64,000 nucleotides of DNA from Candidatus Spongiisociaceae bacterium (GTDB lineage: Bacteria > Actinomycetota > Acidimicrobiia > Spongiisociales > Spongiisociaceae). This document shows, in pieces, positions 19,002 through 27,383 of the stretch. Below the pieces are notes generated by a model. That model searched no databases. It was not told the origin of the DNA and was given only the letters and a program-made list of their open reading frames with translations. Each line of letters opens with the position of its first letter. The first letter of the stretch is position 1. Both the position numbers and the translations under genes were made by a program. The stretch covers positions 3,232,001 to 3,296,000 of the forward strand of contig CBDCOH010000002.1 in assembly GCA_965219685.1 (NCBI GenBank), given 5' to 3'.

Positions 19002-21332
19002 TCAGATCGGGAAGAAGACCGGTACGAGCACGACAACTATGGCGAGGGCGACGACGGTCAGGGGCGTTCCGACCCGGGCGTAGTCGATCGAGCGGTAGCC
19101 CCCGGCGCCCATTACCAGGAGGTTGGCCTTGTGACTGAAGGGGGTCATGAAGGCGGCCGACGCGGCCAGGCTCACACCCATCATGGCCGCGTAGGGGTTC
19201 ATACCGAGTTGAGCAGCCGTCTCCAGAGCTACCGGCGCCAGCAGCACCACTGCGGGAGCGCCGTCGAGGGCCTGGCTGAGAAGGCTGGCCAAGAGCACGA
19301 GCGCCACGAGGATGGCGTAGTTGCCCAGAGGACCGAGCACATGCTTGACCTCCTCCACCAGAAGGAGGGCTGCGCCCGTTCTCTCCATGGCGATTCCCAC
19401 AGGGAGGACCGCTGCCACCAGGAAGATGGTCCGCCACTCGATGGCCCGGTACGCCTCCTCCATGGTGACGGTACGGAAGAGGAGGACGAGGCTGGCGGAG
19501 ATGAAGGCCGCCACGTGGATCGGCTGGATGCCGAACACCACGAGGCCAACCATCAGCAGCAGTGCCCCCAGCGCCAGCGGCGCCTTCCGGTGCCGGCGCG
19601 GCCGCAGGCCCTCCGCCGAAAGGACCACGAAGTCGGGATTCGAACCGAGCAGCCGGATCCGTTCCCAGGGGCCCTGGACCAGAAGGGCGTCCCCGAGCCG
19701 GAACACGAGGTCGGGCAGGCCGGTGTAGATGGAACGCCCGTCCCGCCACACGGCCAGGAGTTGCAAGCCGTAGCGCTTGCGGAACTCCAGGTCGCGCAGT
19801 CTCTTCCCGACTACGGCCGATCGCGGGGCCAGAGCCACCTCCACGATGCCGAAGTCCTCAGACTCGAGCACCGCCTGGTCGATCCGGGAGTCCACTTTGA
19901 TGTCACCGATCCTGACAAGTTCCCTGACCCGGGCCTGGTCGCAAGCGACCAGTAGACCGTCGCCGGCTTCTATCACCTCGTCGGGAGAGGTAGCCAACCG
20001 CGTCACATCACCGCGGACGATGCCGCCGATGGTCACACCCACCAGCTCGCCAAGACGGCTAGCCCCGATCGTCGAGCCGACCAGGGAGGATCCAGGGGGG
20101 ACCCGGATCACCGACATATGACCCTCGAGGGATCTCAAGGCGGCCAGGCCCAGACTCGTGACCCGGAAGTCCGGGTCGGACTGCATCTTGTGCAGCTCGG
20201 CCCGGGCGCCGAGGGCGATTATCCGGTCTCCCGCCTGCAGCATCCGGGACGGTAGACCTTCTCGCAGAGTCTGCTCGCCTCGCTCGATCCCGACGATGAC
20301 GACCTGATAGCGCTCCCGGAATCGTGCATCCCTAGGACTCTTCCCCACCAGCCCCGAGGCCGCAGGAACCTCGGCCTTGATGGCGGTGAATCCCCGCATC
20401 GGGCGGGGGATCTGGCGAGTGGTGGTGGGTCGGAGTTCGACATCGCCGACCCGCATTATGTCCTCGAGATCGGAAAGGCGCCCTTCGACCAGGAGGACGT
20501 CGCCGCCCTTGAGCACGGTCTCGGCGTTCGGAACGAAGTTGCGGGCGCCTTGCCGCAGAACTGAGACCACCTGGATACCGAGCGCCCCCGACAGGTTCGC
20601 TTCCGCCAGCGTGACCGTGTCGAGAGCGGACTCCTTCGGGATCCTGATCGTGAACAGTTGCTCCTCCAGGTGATAGACCTGGGTCAGGTCGGATGTCTCC
20701 GTCTCCCCGGGACCTGCCTGCCGATCGGGCAGGAGCTTCCTTCCCAGCGTGATCATGAATAGGACCCCGGCGGCCAGCAGCAGGGCGCCGATCGGTGTGA
20801 ACTCGAAGAGACCGAACGGCTCGAGGTCCTGCTCGGCGAGGATCGTCGCCGCCACGATGTTGGGTGGCGTCCCGACCATCGTGGTGGTTCCACCGAGGAT
20901 CGACCCGAACGCCAGCGGCATCATCAGGCGGGAGGCCGAGAGTCCCGCTCTACGTGCGATCGCTGCCACGGCGGGCATGAGAACCGCGGTGGCGGCGATG
21001 TTGTTCATGAACGCCGAGAGAACCCCCGACACCAGCATGAGCGTGATGATCAGCGGGATCTCTTTGCTGCCCACCACCGTGTAGACCTTGGACGCCACTA
21101 TGTCGGCCACCCCCGTGTACAGCAGGGCGGCGCTGATGATGAAGATGGCCAGCATGGTGATCACGGCCGGGGAGGCAAATCCGCTGAAGGCTTCCGTAGG
21201 CCCTACATACCCTCCCAGGATCAGCACCGCAAGGCCCAGGAAGGCAGTGAGATCCACGGGCAGCTTGGCGGTGAGGAACAGGTAGGCCATCGCCACCAGG
21301 AGCAGGATCAGGAATGCGATCTGCCAGGTCAT
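19002..21332 (-). CDS. SLC13/DASS family permease with about four RCK_C (TrkA_C) domains
   Basis: SAFMNN, GGTTTMVGTPPN, AFMTPFSHKAN; four repeats of S.LVG..L...AGD-type domain. Confidence 0.9.
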   Translation of the reverse strand: MTWQIAFLILLLVAMAYLFLTAKLPVDLTAFLGLAVLILGGYVGPTEAFSGFASPAVITMLAIFIISAALLYTGVADIVASKVYTVVGSKEIPLIITLMLVSGVLSAFMNNIAATAVLMPAVAAIARRAGLSASRLMMPLAFGSILGGTTTMVGTPPNIVAATILAEQDLEPFGLFEFTPIGALLLAAGVLFMITLGRKLLPDRQAGPGETETSDLTQVYHLEEQLFTIRIPKESALDTVTLAEANLSGALGIQVVSVLRQGARNFVPNAETVLKGGDVLLVEGRLSDLEDIMRVGDVELRPTTTRQIPRPMRGFTAIKAEVPAASGLVGKSPRDARFRERYQVVIVGIERGEQTLREGLPSRMLQAGDRIIALGARAELHKMQSDPDFRVTSLGLAALRSLEGHMSVIRVPPGSSLVGSTIGASRLGELVGVTIGGIVRGDVTRLATSPDEVIEAGDGLLVACDQARVRELVRIGDIKVDSRIDQAVLESEDFGIVEVALAPRSAVVGKRLRDLEFRKRYGLQLLAVWRDGRSIYTGLPDLVFRLGDALLVQGPWERIRLLGSNPDFVVLSAEGLRPRRHRKAPLALGALLLMVGLVVFGIQPIHVAAFISASLVLLFRTVTMEEAYRAIEWRTIFLVAAVLPVGIAMERTGAALLLVEEVKHVLGPLGNYAILVALVLLASLLSQALDGAPAVVLLAPVALETAAQLGMNPYAAMMGVSLAASAAFMTPFSHKANLLVMGAGGYRSIDYARVGTPLTVVALAIVVVLVPVFFPI

Positions 21333-21336
21333 TCCA

Positions 21337-21371
21337 GTGGTTGGTTGTCCGCTGTCCGTTGTCCGTTGTCA
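21337..21371. repeat. Heptamer tandem repeat (GTTGTCC-like) x4-5
   Basis: GTGGTTG GTTGTCC GCTGTCC GTTGTCC GTTGTCA. Confidence 0.8.
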
Positions 21372-21432
21372 TTCGGCCGCTCCCGTCCTCGCGAGGCGGA
21401 GCGCGGCGCGTACCGTCGACCATCGGCCGGCA

Positions 21433-23199
21433 TCAGAACGACCAGAGACGGGGGATGAAGATCGTCGACAGGATCCAGAAGACGATGCTGAGCGGGACTC
21501 CGGTGCGCAGGAAGTCGGTGTACTTGTACCCTCCGGCGTTGTAGATCATCGTGTTCGTCTGGTAACCCACCGGCGTCGAGAAGCCGGTGGAGGCGGCGAA
21601 CGTGATCGCCATCAGGAAAGGCCGCGGGTCGACACCGATCTGCTCCGCGGTGGAGATTGCTATCGGAGCGAGAAGCACCGCGGCCGCAGCGTTGCTCATC
21701 GTGTCCGTCATCACCGAGGTCATCAAGTAGATGACCGCCAGTACGGCCACCGGTCCCATGTCTCCCACCACTCCGACCGCCCGCTCGGCTATGAACTCGG
21801 CTGCTCCGCTGGTCTGCATGGCTATTCCGAGCGGGAGGATCCCGGCGAGCAGGAAGATCACCTGCCAGTTGATGGCGTGATAGGCCTCGTCCAGCCGTAG
21901 GACCCTGGTCAGCAACATGGCAATGCAGCCGAGAAGGGCGGTGACGAGAATCGGGAAGACGTTGAAGGCCGCTAGCCCCACGACAGCGAGGAGGATCCCG
22001 ATCACCAGCGGGGCGCGGTGCCGCAGTGCGGTTCCCGGTACCTCGTCGAGCACGATGAAGTCGCTGTTGCGCCGCAACGCCCGGATCTCCGCCTCGTGCG
22101 CCTGGACCAGGATCACGTCTCCCAGGCTGAGGGCTACCGAGCTGAGCTGCTCGTGAATCGTCTCGCCCCGACGCTGCATCGCCAGCACGAGGGCCTTGTA
22201 GCGGTTGCGGAAGTCGAGTTCCTTGAGGGTGTGGCCGATGAGTTCCGACCCGGGCGCCACCAGCGCCTGCACGAGGCGCAGGTCCTCGGTCTGGAGCGTC
22301 TCGTCCCGCAGCTTGAAGTCCACGTTGAGTTCGAGGCCCATGGAGTCACGCAGGAGGATCAGTTCGTTGATCTCACCGCGCACCAGGAGAACATGGTCCG
22401 GCTCCAGGACCTGGCGGAGCGGCGCCCATCCGGGATCCCCGATGTGAAGGACACGGAGCACCGTTACGTCGTGTTCCTCACCGAGTCGGCTCTCGAGCAC
22501 GGTCTTGCCGACCAGCGGGGAGTTCCTCCGCACCCTCATCTCGGTGACGTACTCGCCCAGGTTGTAGGTGCTGGCGAGCTCGCTGACCTGGCGGTCGGGC
22601 AGCAGCCAGCGACCCAGCGTCAGGAAGAACACGACACCGGCCACGAAGAGGATCAGGCCCATGCGGCTGAACTCGAACATGCTGAACGCCCCATGCCCGG
22701 CCTCCTCGGAGATGGAACTGACCAGCAAGTTGGTGGAGGTCCCGATCAAGGTGCAGACGCCGCCGAACTGCGACGCGTAGGAGAGCGGGATGAGCAGCTT
22801 GGAAGCCGAGACCCTGCGGCGGTTGGCGAGGATCGTGACCAGGGGGATGAATACAGCCACCGCCGCCGTGTTGTTGACGAACGCCGACATGACCGTGATA
22901 GTGCCCATCACCATCACCAGCGCGGTGTAATGGTCCTTGCTGTAACGCACCATCACCCTGCCGACCGCAGCCGTAGCCCCGGTCTTCTGCAGACCCGCGC
23001 TGAGGATGAACATGGCCGCCACGGTGAGGGTCGCCGGATTGCTGAAACCGGAGAACCCCTCCACCGGCGTGACCAGTTTCAGCGCCAGCAGACAACCCAA
23101 CCCGATCAACGCCACCATGTCGAGCGGATACTTCTCCGAGACGAAGAGGGCGATGGTCCCTATGAGGATCGCGAGCACCATGATTGCTTGTAGGGTCAT
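21433..23199 (-). CDS. SLC13/DASS family permease with two RCK_C domains
   Basis: SAFVNNT, GGVCTLIGTSTN, FSTPVGYQTN..GGYKYTDF; GGGAGG RBS before ATG 23199. Confidence 0.92.
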   Translation of the reverse strand: MTLQAIMVLAILIGTIALFVSEKYPLDMVALIGLGCLLALKLVTPVEGFSGFSNPATLTVAAMFILSAGLQKTGATAAVGRVMVRYSKDHYTALVMVMGTITVMSAFVNNTAAVAVFIPLVTILANRRRVSASKLLIPLSYASQFGGVCTLIGTSTNLLVSSISEEAGHGAFSMFEFSRMGLILFVAGVVFFLTLGRWLLPDRQVSELASTYNLGEYVTEMRVRRNSPLVGKTVLESRLGEEHDVTVLRVLHIGDPGWAPLRQVLEPDHVLLVRGEINELILLRDSMGLELNVDFKLRDETLQTEDLRLVQALVAPGSELIGHTLKELDFRNRYKALVLAMQRRGETIHEQLSSVALSLGDVILVQAHEAEIRALRRNSDFIVLDEVPGTALRHRAPLVIGILLAVVGLAAFNVFPILVTALLGCIAMLLTRVLRLDEAYHAINWQVIFLLAGILPLGIAMQTSGAAEFIAERAVGVVGDMGPVAVLAVIYLMTSVMTDTMSNAAAAVLLAPIAISTAEQIGVDPRPFLMAITFAASTGFSTPVGYQTNTMIYNAGGYKYTDFLRTGVPLSIVFWILSTIFIPRLWSF

Positions 23200-23270
23200 G
23201 GCCGAGCGCCTCCCATCAAGGTCGCATCCGTCTCGGTCCGGTGAGAGAACGATACCGACTCGGACGGAGG

Positions 23271-23320
23271 CCGGGTGCGTAATCGCCACTGCCGAAAGCC
23301 TGACGCGCTCGACCACCCGG
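23271..23320 (-). promoter_or_regulatory. Probable Na+-sensing riboswitch (DUF1646 / Na+-I class)
   Basis: Minus strand CCGGGTG-GTCGAGCG-CGTCAG-GCTTTCGG-CAGTGGCGATTACG-CACCCGG: 7-bp P1 and a core resembling the recalled consensus; upstream of Na+-coupled SLC13 genes. Confidence 0.65.
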
Positions 23321-23606
23321 TGATCCATCCCGCAATGCAGGGCAGCCGCTGGCAGACTAAGCCGGTCCTGAAGGATCGGTCGCGAGACACGGACTTGACG
23401 AAAACCAAGGCCACGGAGCCCGAGCAAGCTCGAAACATAGGAGCATCATGATTCCCGCAACGACACTCAGCCATCTCCATCCGACGTCTTCGGGCAGGGT
23501 TTACGCATGATGCAAGAACTGGCCTCAGCGGTCCTCCATCCGAGCAGTCGACGCTCGGCACCCGTGGAGTGCATATGCGACCGGAAGTCGGATCCTGCCC
23601 GCAACG

Positions 23607-24776
23607 GTGGCTGCGGCTGACACCGGACACGTCGTGATCACCGCGGACGTCATCATCATCGGAGGGGGAATCGCGGGTGCATCTGCGGCCTTTTTCACAT
23701 CTGAGACCGCATCAACCATCGTCCTGGAGCGAGAGCCGCTGCTCGCGTACCACTCCACCGGCCGGTCGGTTGCTCTGTTCGTCGAGAACTACGGAGGTCC
23801 GGTCAACGAACGTCTCGCCGTCGCTTCCAGGCCTTTCTTCGAATCAGGAGCAGCCGGCTACGCGGACTACGACCTCCTCCACCGATTGGGCTACCTGAAC
23901 ATCGGCGGGCCCGAGACGGAAGCCAAGCTGCGAGAGGCGGCGGACTCCTCGGTGAGCCTGATACCCGACATCGAGGTCTTGTCGGGGGACGAAGTCCGGA
24001 AGATCGTTCCGGCCATCCGCGAGGACATGATCACGACCGGCGTCTGGAATCCGAACGCGTCCTCCATCGATGTGATGCATCTTCACGAGGCTTTCCTGCG
24101 GGGCGCGAGGGCAAACGGGGCTGTCGTGGAGTTGAATGCCCCGGTAGGGAATATCAGCCGCACCAAGACCGGCTGGGTGATCGACGTGAGCGGCCACGCG
24201 TACACGGCACCTATCATTATCAATGCTGCAGGGGCGTGGGGCGATCAGCTAGCCACTCTGGCTGGTGTGGAACCGATCGGACTCAGTCCCATGAGACGAA
24301 CGGTTTTCACCGTACCGACCACGCATGACACGTCGGGCTGGCCCTTCGTCAGCCACGAGGAGCTTCCCTACCCGTTCTACTTCAAGCCGGAGGCCGGCAA
24401 CCAGCTTCTGTGCTCACCCGGCGACGAAACGCCTGACGATCCTACCGACGCCAAGCCGGTTGACTTGGACATAGCAAGGGCTATCCACTCGATCAACCGA
24501 GTCACCACCCTGGAGGTACGGTCCGTCAACTCATCCTGGGCCGGTCTGCGAACCTTCGCTCCCGATCGGAGCCCTGTTCTCGGCTGGGATACGCGCGTGG
24601 AAGGATTCTGCTGGATGGTGGGCCAGGGCGGAACCGGCATCAACACCTCCCCCGCGGCGGGGCTGGCAGTCGCCTCGATAGTGACCGGCTCCCCGTGGCC
24701 TGATCCACTCGACGAGGTCGGGCTGGAAGCGAACAGTCTTGCGCCTTGCGAGGAGGGGTGGCCGAGAAACCGGTAG
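23607..24776 (+). CDS. FAD-dependent oxidoreductase (DAO/glycine oxidase-like)
   Basis: IIGGGIAG, HSTGRS, INAAGAW, WAGLRTFAPD, GQGGTG. Confidence 0.9.
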   Translation: MAAADTGHVVITADVIIIGGGIAGASAAFFTSETASTIVLEREPLLAYHSTGRSVALFVENYGGPVNERLAVASRPFFESGAAGYADYDLLHRLGYLNIGGPETEAKLREAADSSVSLIPDIEVLSGDEVRKIVPAIREDMITTGVWNPNASSIDVMHLHEAFLRGARANGAVVELNAPVGNISRTKTGWVIDVSGHAYTAPIIINAAGAWGDQLATLAGVEPIGLSPMRRTVFTVPTTHDTSGWPFVSHEELPYPFYFKPEAGNQLLCSPGDETPDDPTDAKPVDLDIARAIHSINRVTTLEVRSVNSSWAGLRTFAPDRSPVLGWDTRVEGFCWMVGQGGTGINTSPAAGLAVASIVTGSPWPDPLDEVGLEANSLAPCEEGWPRNR

Positions 24777-25087
24777 GTAGCAACCGCCTGTCTTCATTGA
24801 CAAGGGATCATGTCATCGGTCAGCGGCCTTGAGAGGCGTCGCGTGCGACCCTCGGAGCCGACTCATCGCGTCGGAAACTCACCGGATCGTCTGATGGCCC
24901 GCCGAGCAGTTCGCCTTGCGGGCCGGGTTCCGTACTCGACGGGGAATCTCGTGTCGATCCGGACTCGGTCTGCAAGGGGGCCGGGAACCGACGGGAAGGA
25001 AGCTGGGCTCCCGGCTTTCACGGCTTCGGGAGACCGGTAACGGCATGGGCGCCCGGCGCGCCAGGGGCCTGGTAGGTTTCGCTCGAC

Positions 25088-26959
25088 GTGCGACCGGATC
25101 AGCTTCACGCGCTTGCCACCGCCTCGGACCCCCGCGTGAGCCCCGACGGGAGAACCGTCGCCTTTGTGGTGACAACACCGGATCTAGAACAAGATCGCTA
25201 CGACTGCAGGATCTGGCTCGCAGACCCCACGGTTCGTCCTCTTACCCGGGGGCCTGGTGACACGAACCCGCGCTGGTCTCCCGATGGAAAGCAACTCGCG
25301 TACCTCCGTTCGATGGGCGGCAACCCGGCCCAGGTGACCGTCATGCCGGCAAACGGTGGTAACGCGGTCACGGTATCGGACTTCAGGTACGGAGCCGAGG
25401 CGGTCGAGTGGTCGCCGGACGGCACCCGGCTGGCTGCGGTCGGGATCACACCGATCGCGCCGCTGGAGGACATCGACGAAGAGGAGATCCAACGCCGCCC
25501 GCGACGCTTCAACAGGCATCCGTACCGGTTCGACGGGATGGGCTGGATACATGATCGTCGGCGCCACATCTGGCTCCTCGATCCCGCAGGCATCCAGGAG
25601 CCTCGCTGCCTGACACCGGGAGACTTCGACGAGTCCTCGCCCATGTGGTCGCCCGACGGTTCCACCATCGCCCTCGTCACCGACCGGGAGGCCCAACCCG
25701 GCCTGGTACCCGGAAACGACGTCTTCGAAGCCGACACGGAGACCGGCGAACTGACCCGAGCCGCGCCGCGCGGATTCTGGCAGCACGCTTCCTACCGCCC
25801 CGACGGCGTCCTGCACCTCGTGGGCAACGAGGAGGCCGACTTCACCCTCTGCTCGTACCTCTACCGCCGAGAGGGCGACGGTCGCCTGACCGATCTCACC
25901 GGCCACACGGAACGAAGCTCGATCGGGCTCGGAGTCGGCCCCTACCGGATCGAATGGGACGGGGAAACCGCCCTGGTCGGCTACGAGGACTCGGGGACCA
26001 TCGGGGTGGTCTCGGTCACACCGGGAGGTGACGTCTCCCGCGTGGTTGGTGGCGAGCAGGTGGTCACCGGTTTCGCTCCGACCCCGGCCGGGTTGGCCTA
26101 CACGGCTTCCCGATGGGATCGCCCCGGTGAACTCTTTCTCGGCGACCGGCAGCTCACCGGACTATCCGGCGGCGAAGTCTCGTGGGTAAGACCAACCCAT
26201 TTCAGAGCAGCCGCCACCGGCGGTGAGATCGACACATGGGTATACCTGCCGGACGGCAACGAACCGGTCCCCTTGCTGCTCTGCATACATGGAGGCCCGC
26301 CGACCCAGTACGGATTCGACCTATTCGATGAGTTCCAGGTTTATGCATCAGCCGGCTACGGCGTCGTGGCTTGCAACCCCCGTGGATCCTCAGGCCGAGG
26401 CGAGGAATGGATCCGGGCGGTGAAGGGCGACGGGTGGGGGGTTGTCGATCTCGAGGACATCCGCGCCGCGGTCGCCGCCGCCCTCGAACGGTTCCCCCGC
26501 CTCGACCGGGAGCGTATGGGGGTGATGGGGTCCTCCTACGGGGGCATGATGACCGCTTGGATCATCGGTCACGAAGACCGCTGGCGCTCGGCCGTGGTCG
26601 AGAGCGCCATAACCGAATGGACCAGTTTCGTCAGCACCTCCGACCTCGGCGGGCTCTACGCCAGGCACTACCTGCAGGTCGACTATCCGGACGGCTGGGA
26701 GACCTGGTGGCGCCATTCGCCGGTACGAGTCGCCGACAGGGTCAGCACGCCGACCCTCGTCCTCCACTCGGACGAGGACTGGCGTGTCCCGATCGAGCAG
26801 GGCGAGCAGTTCTTCATGGCGCTGCTCCGCAACGGAACGCCGACCGAGATGGTGCGGTTCTCCGGAGAGAGCCACGGGTTGAGCCGGATCGGAACGCCGA
26901 AGCATCGCAGGGACCGTTTCGAAGCCATCCTCGACTGGCACTCCCGGTACCTGATGTAA
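25088..26959 (+). CDS. S9 family peptidase (acylaminoacyl/dipeptidyl peptidase-like)
   Basis: WSPDG propeller repeats, IHGGP, NPRGS, GSSYGG, DWRVP, ESH. Confidence 0.92.
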   Translation: MRPDQLHALATASDPRVSPDGRTVAFVVTTPDLEQDRYDCRIWLADPTVRPLTRGPGDTNPRWSPDGKQLAYLRSMGGNPAQVTVMPANGGNAVTVSDFRYGAEAVEWSPDGTRLAAVGITPIAPLEDIDEEEIQRRPRRFNRHPYRFDGMGWIHDRRRHIWLLDPAGIQEPRCLTPGDFDESSPMWSPDGSTIALVTDREAQPGLVPGNDVFEADTETGELTRAAPRGFWQHASYRPDGVLHLVGNEEADFTLCSYLYRREGDGRLTDLTGHTERSSIGLGVGPYRIEWDGETALVGYEDSGTIGVVSVTPGGDVSRVVGGEQVVTGFAPTPAGLAYTASRWDRPGELFLGDRQLTGLSGGEVSWVRPTHFRAAATGGEIDTWVYLPDGNEPVPLLLCIHGGPPTQYGFDLFDEFQVYASAGYGVVACNPRGSSGRGEEWIRAVKGDGWGVVDLEDIRAAVAAALERFPRLDRERMGVMGSSYGGMMTAWIIGHEDRWRSAVVESAITEWTSFVSTSDLGGLYARHYLQVDYPDGWETWWRHSPVRVADRVSTPTLVLHSDEDWRVPIEQGEQFFMALLRNGTPTEMVRFSGESHGLSRIGTPKHRRDRFEAILDWHSRYLM

Positions 26960-27080
26960 CTAGGGACCCTCTGCCCGGAGCCCGGACGTTCCAGTCGCGC
27001 CGCGACGTCCGGCCCTTGGAAGGTGCTGATCCATGTTGCGGTTGTGTTCACGGGGCCGCCTTCTCCACAACGGTTGGATA

Positions 27081-27280
27081 TGTCACAGACCCCTCGCATA
27101 CTGGAAGGTGGCTGCAAGACACCAACGGTCCGTGTTGGGTACCGACCGGACCGGGGCTGGGATCATGCTGAACGTACAACCCCGAAAGGGGAAGGCGGGA
27201 CGCGTCTCGGCGCCGAGGAGGCGGCGGCAGGGGGTGGGTCCCGCGGAGGTGACCCGCCCGGCGATTTTCGCGTTCTTGAT
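27081..27280 (+). ncRNA. Dispersed structured intergenic element, copy 2
   Basis: Same motif order as copies 1 and 3; hairpins CGGTCCG/CGGACCG, CCCC-GAAA-GGGG, GGGTGGGTC/GACCCGCCC. Confidence 0.6.
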
Positions 27281-27383
27281 CCGGCCAGCCGGAGCGGTCG
27301 GGTGGTTACGCCAATCTTCAACGAAACCCCGAACCAGGACCCTACGGGGAACACCTACATGATCGGAACCGAACAGGAGGCTT

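Noticed and set aside
24860-25010. Hammerhead, SRP or ykkC-like fragments (GAAAC, CTGATG, GGAAGGAAGC, GGGTTCCG)
   Set aside because: Only isolated short words match; required stems and remaining conserved residues are missing.
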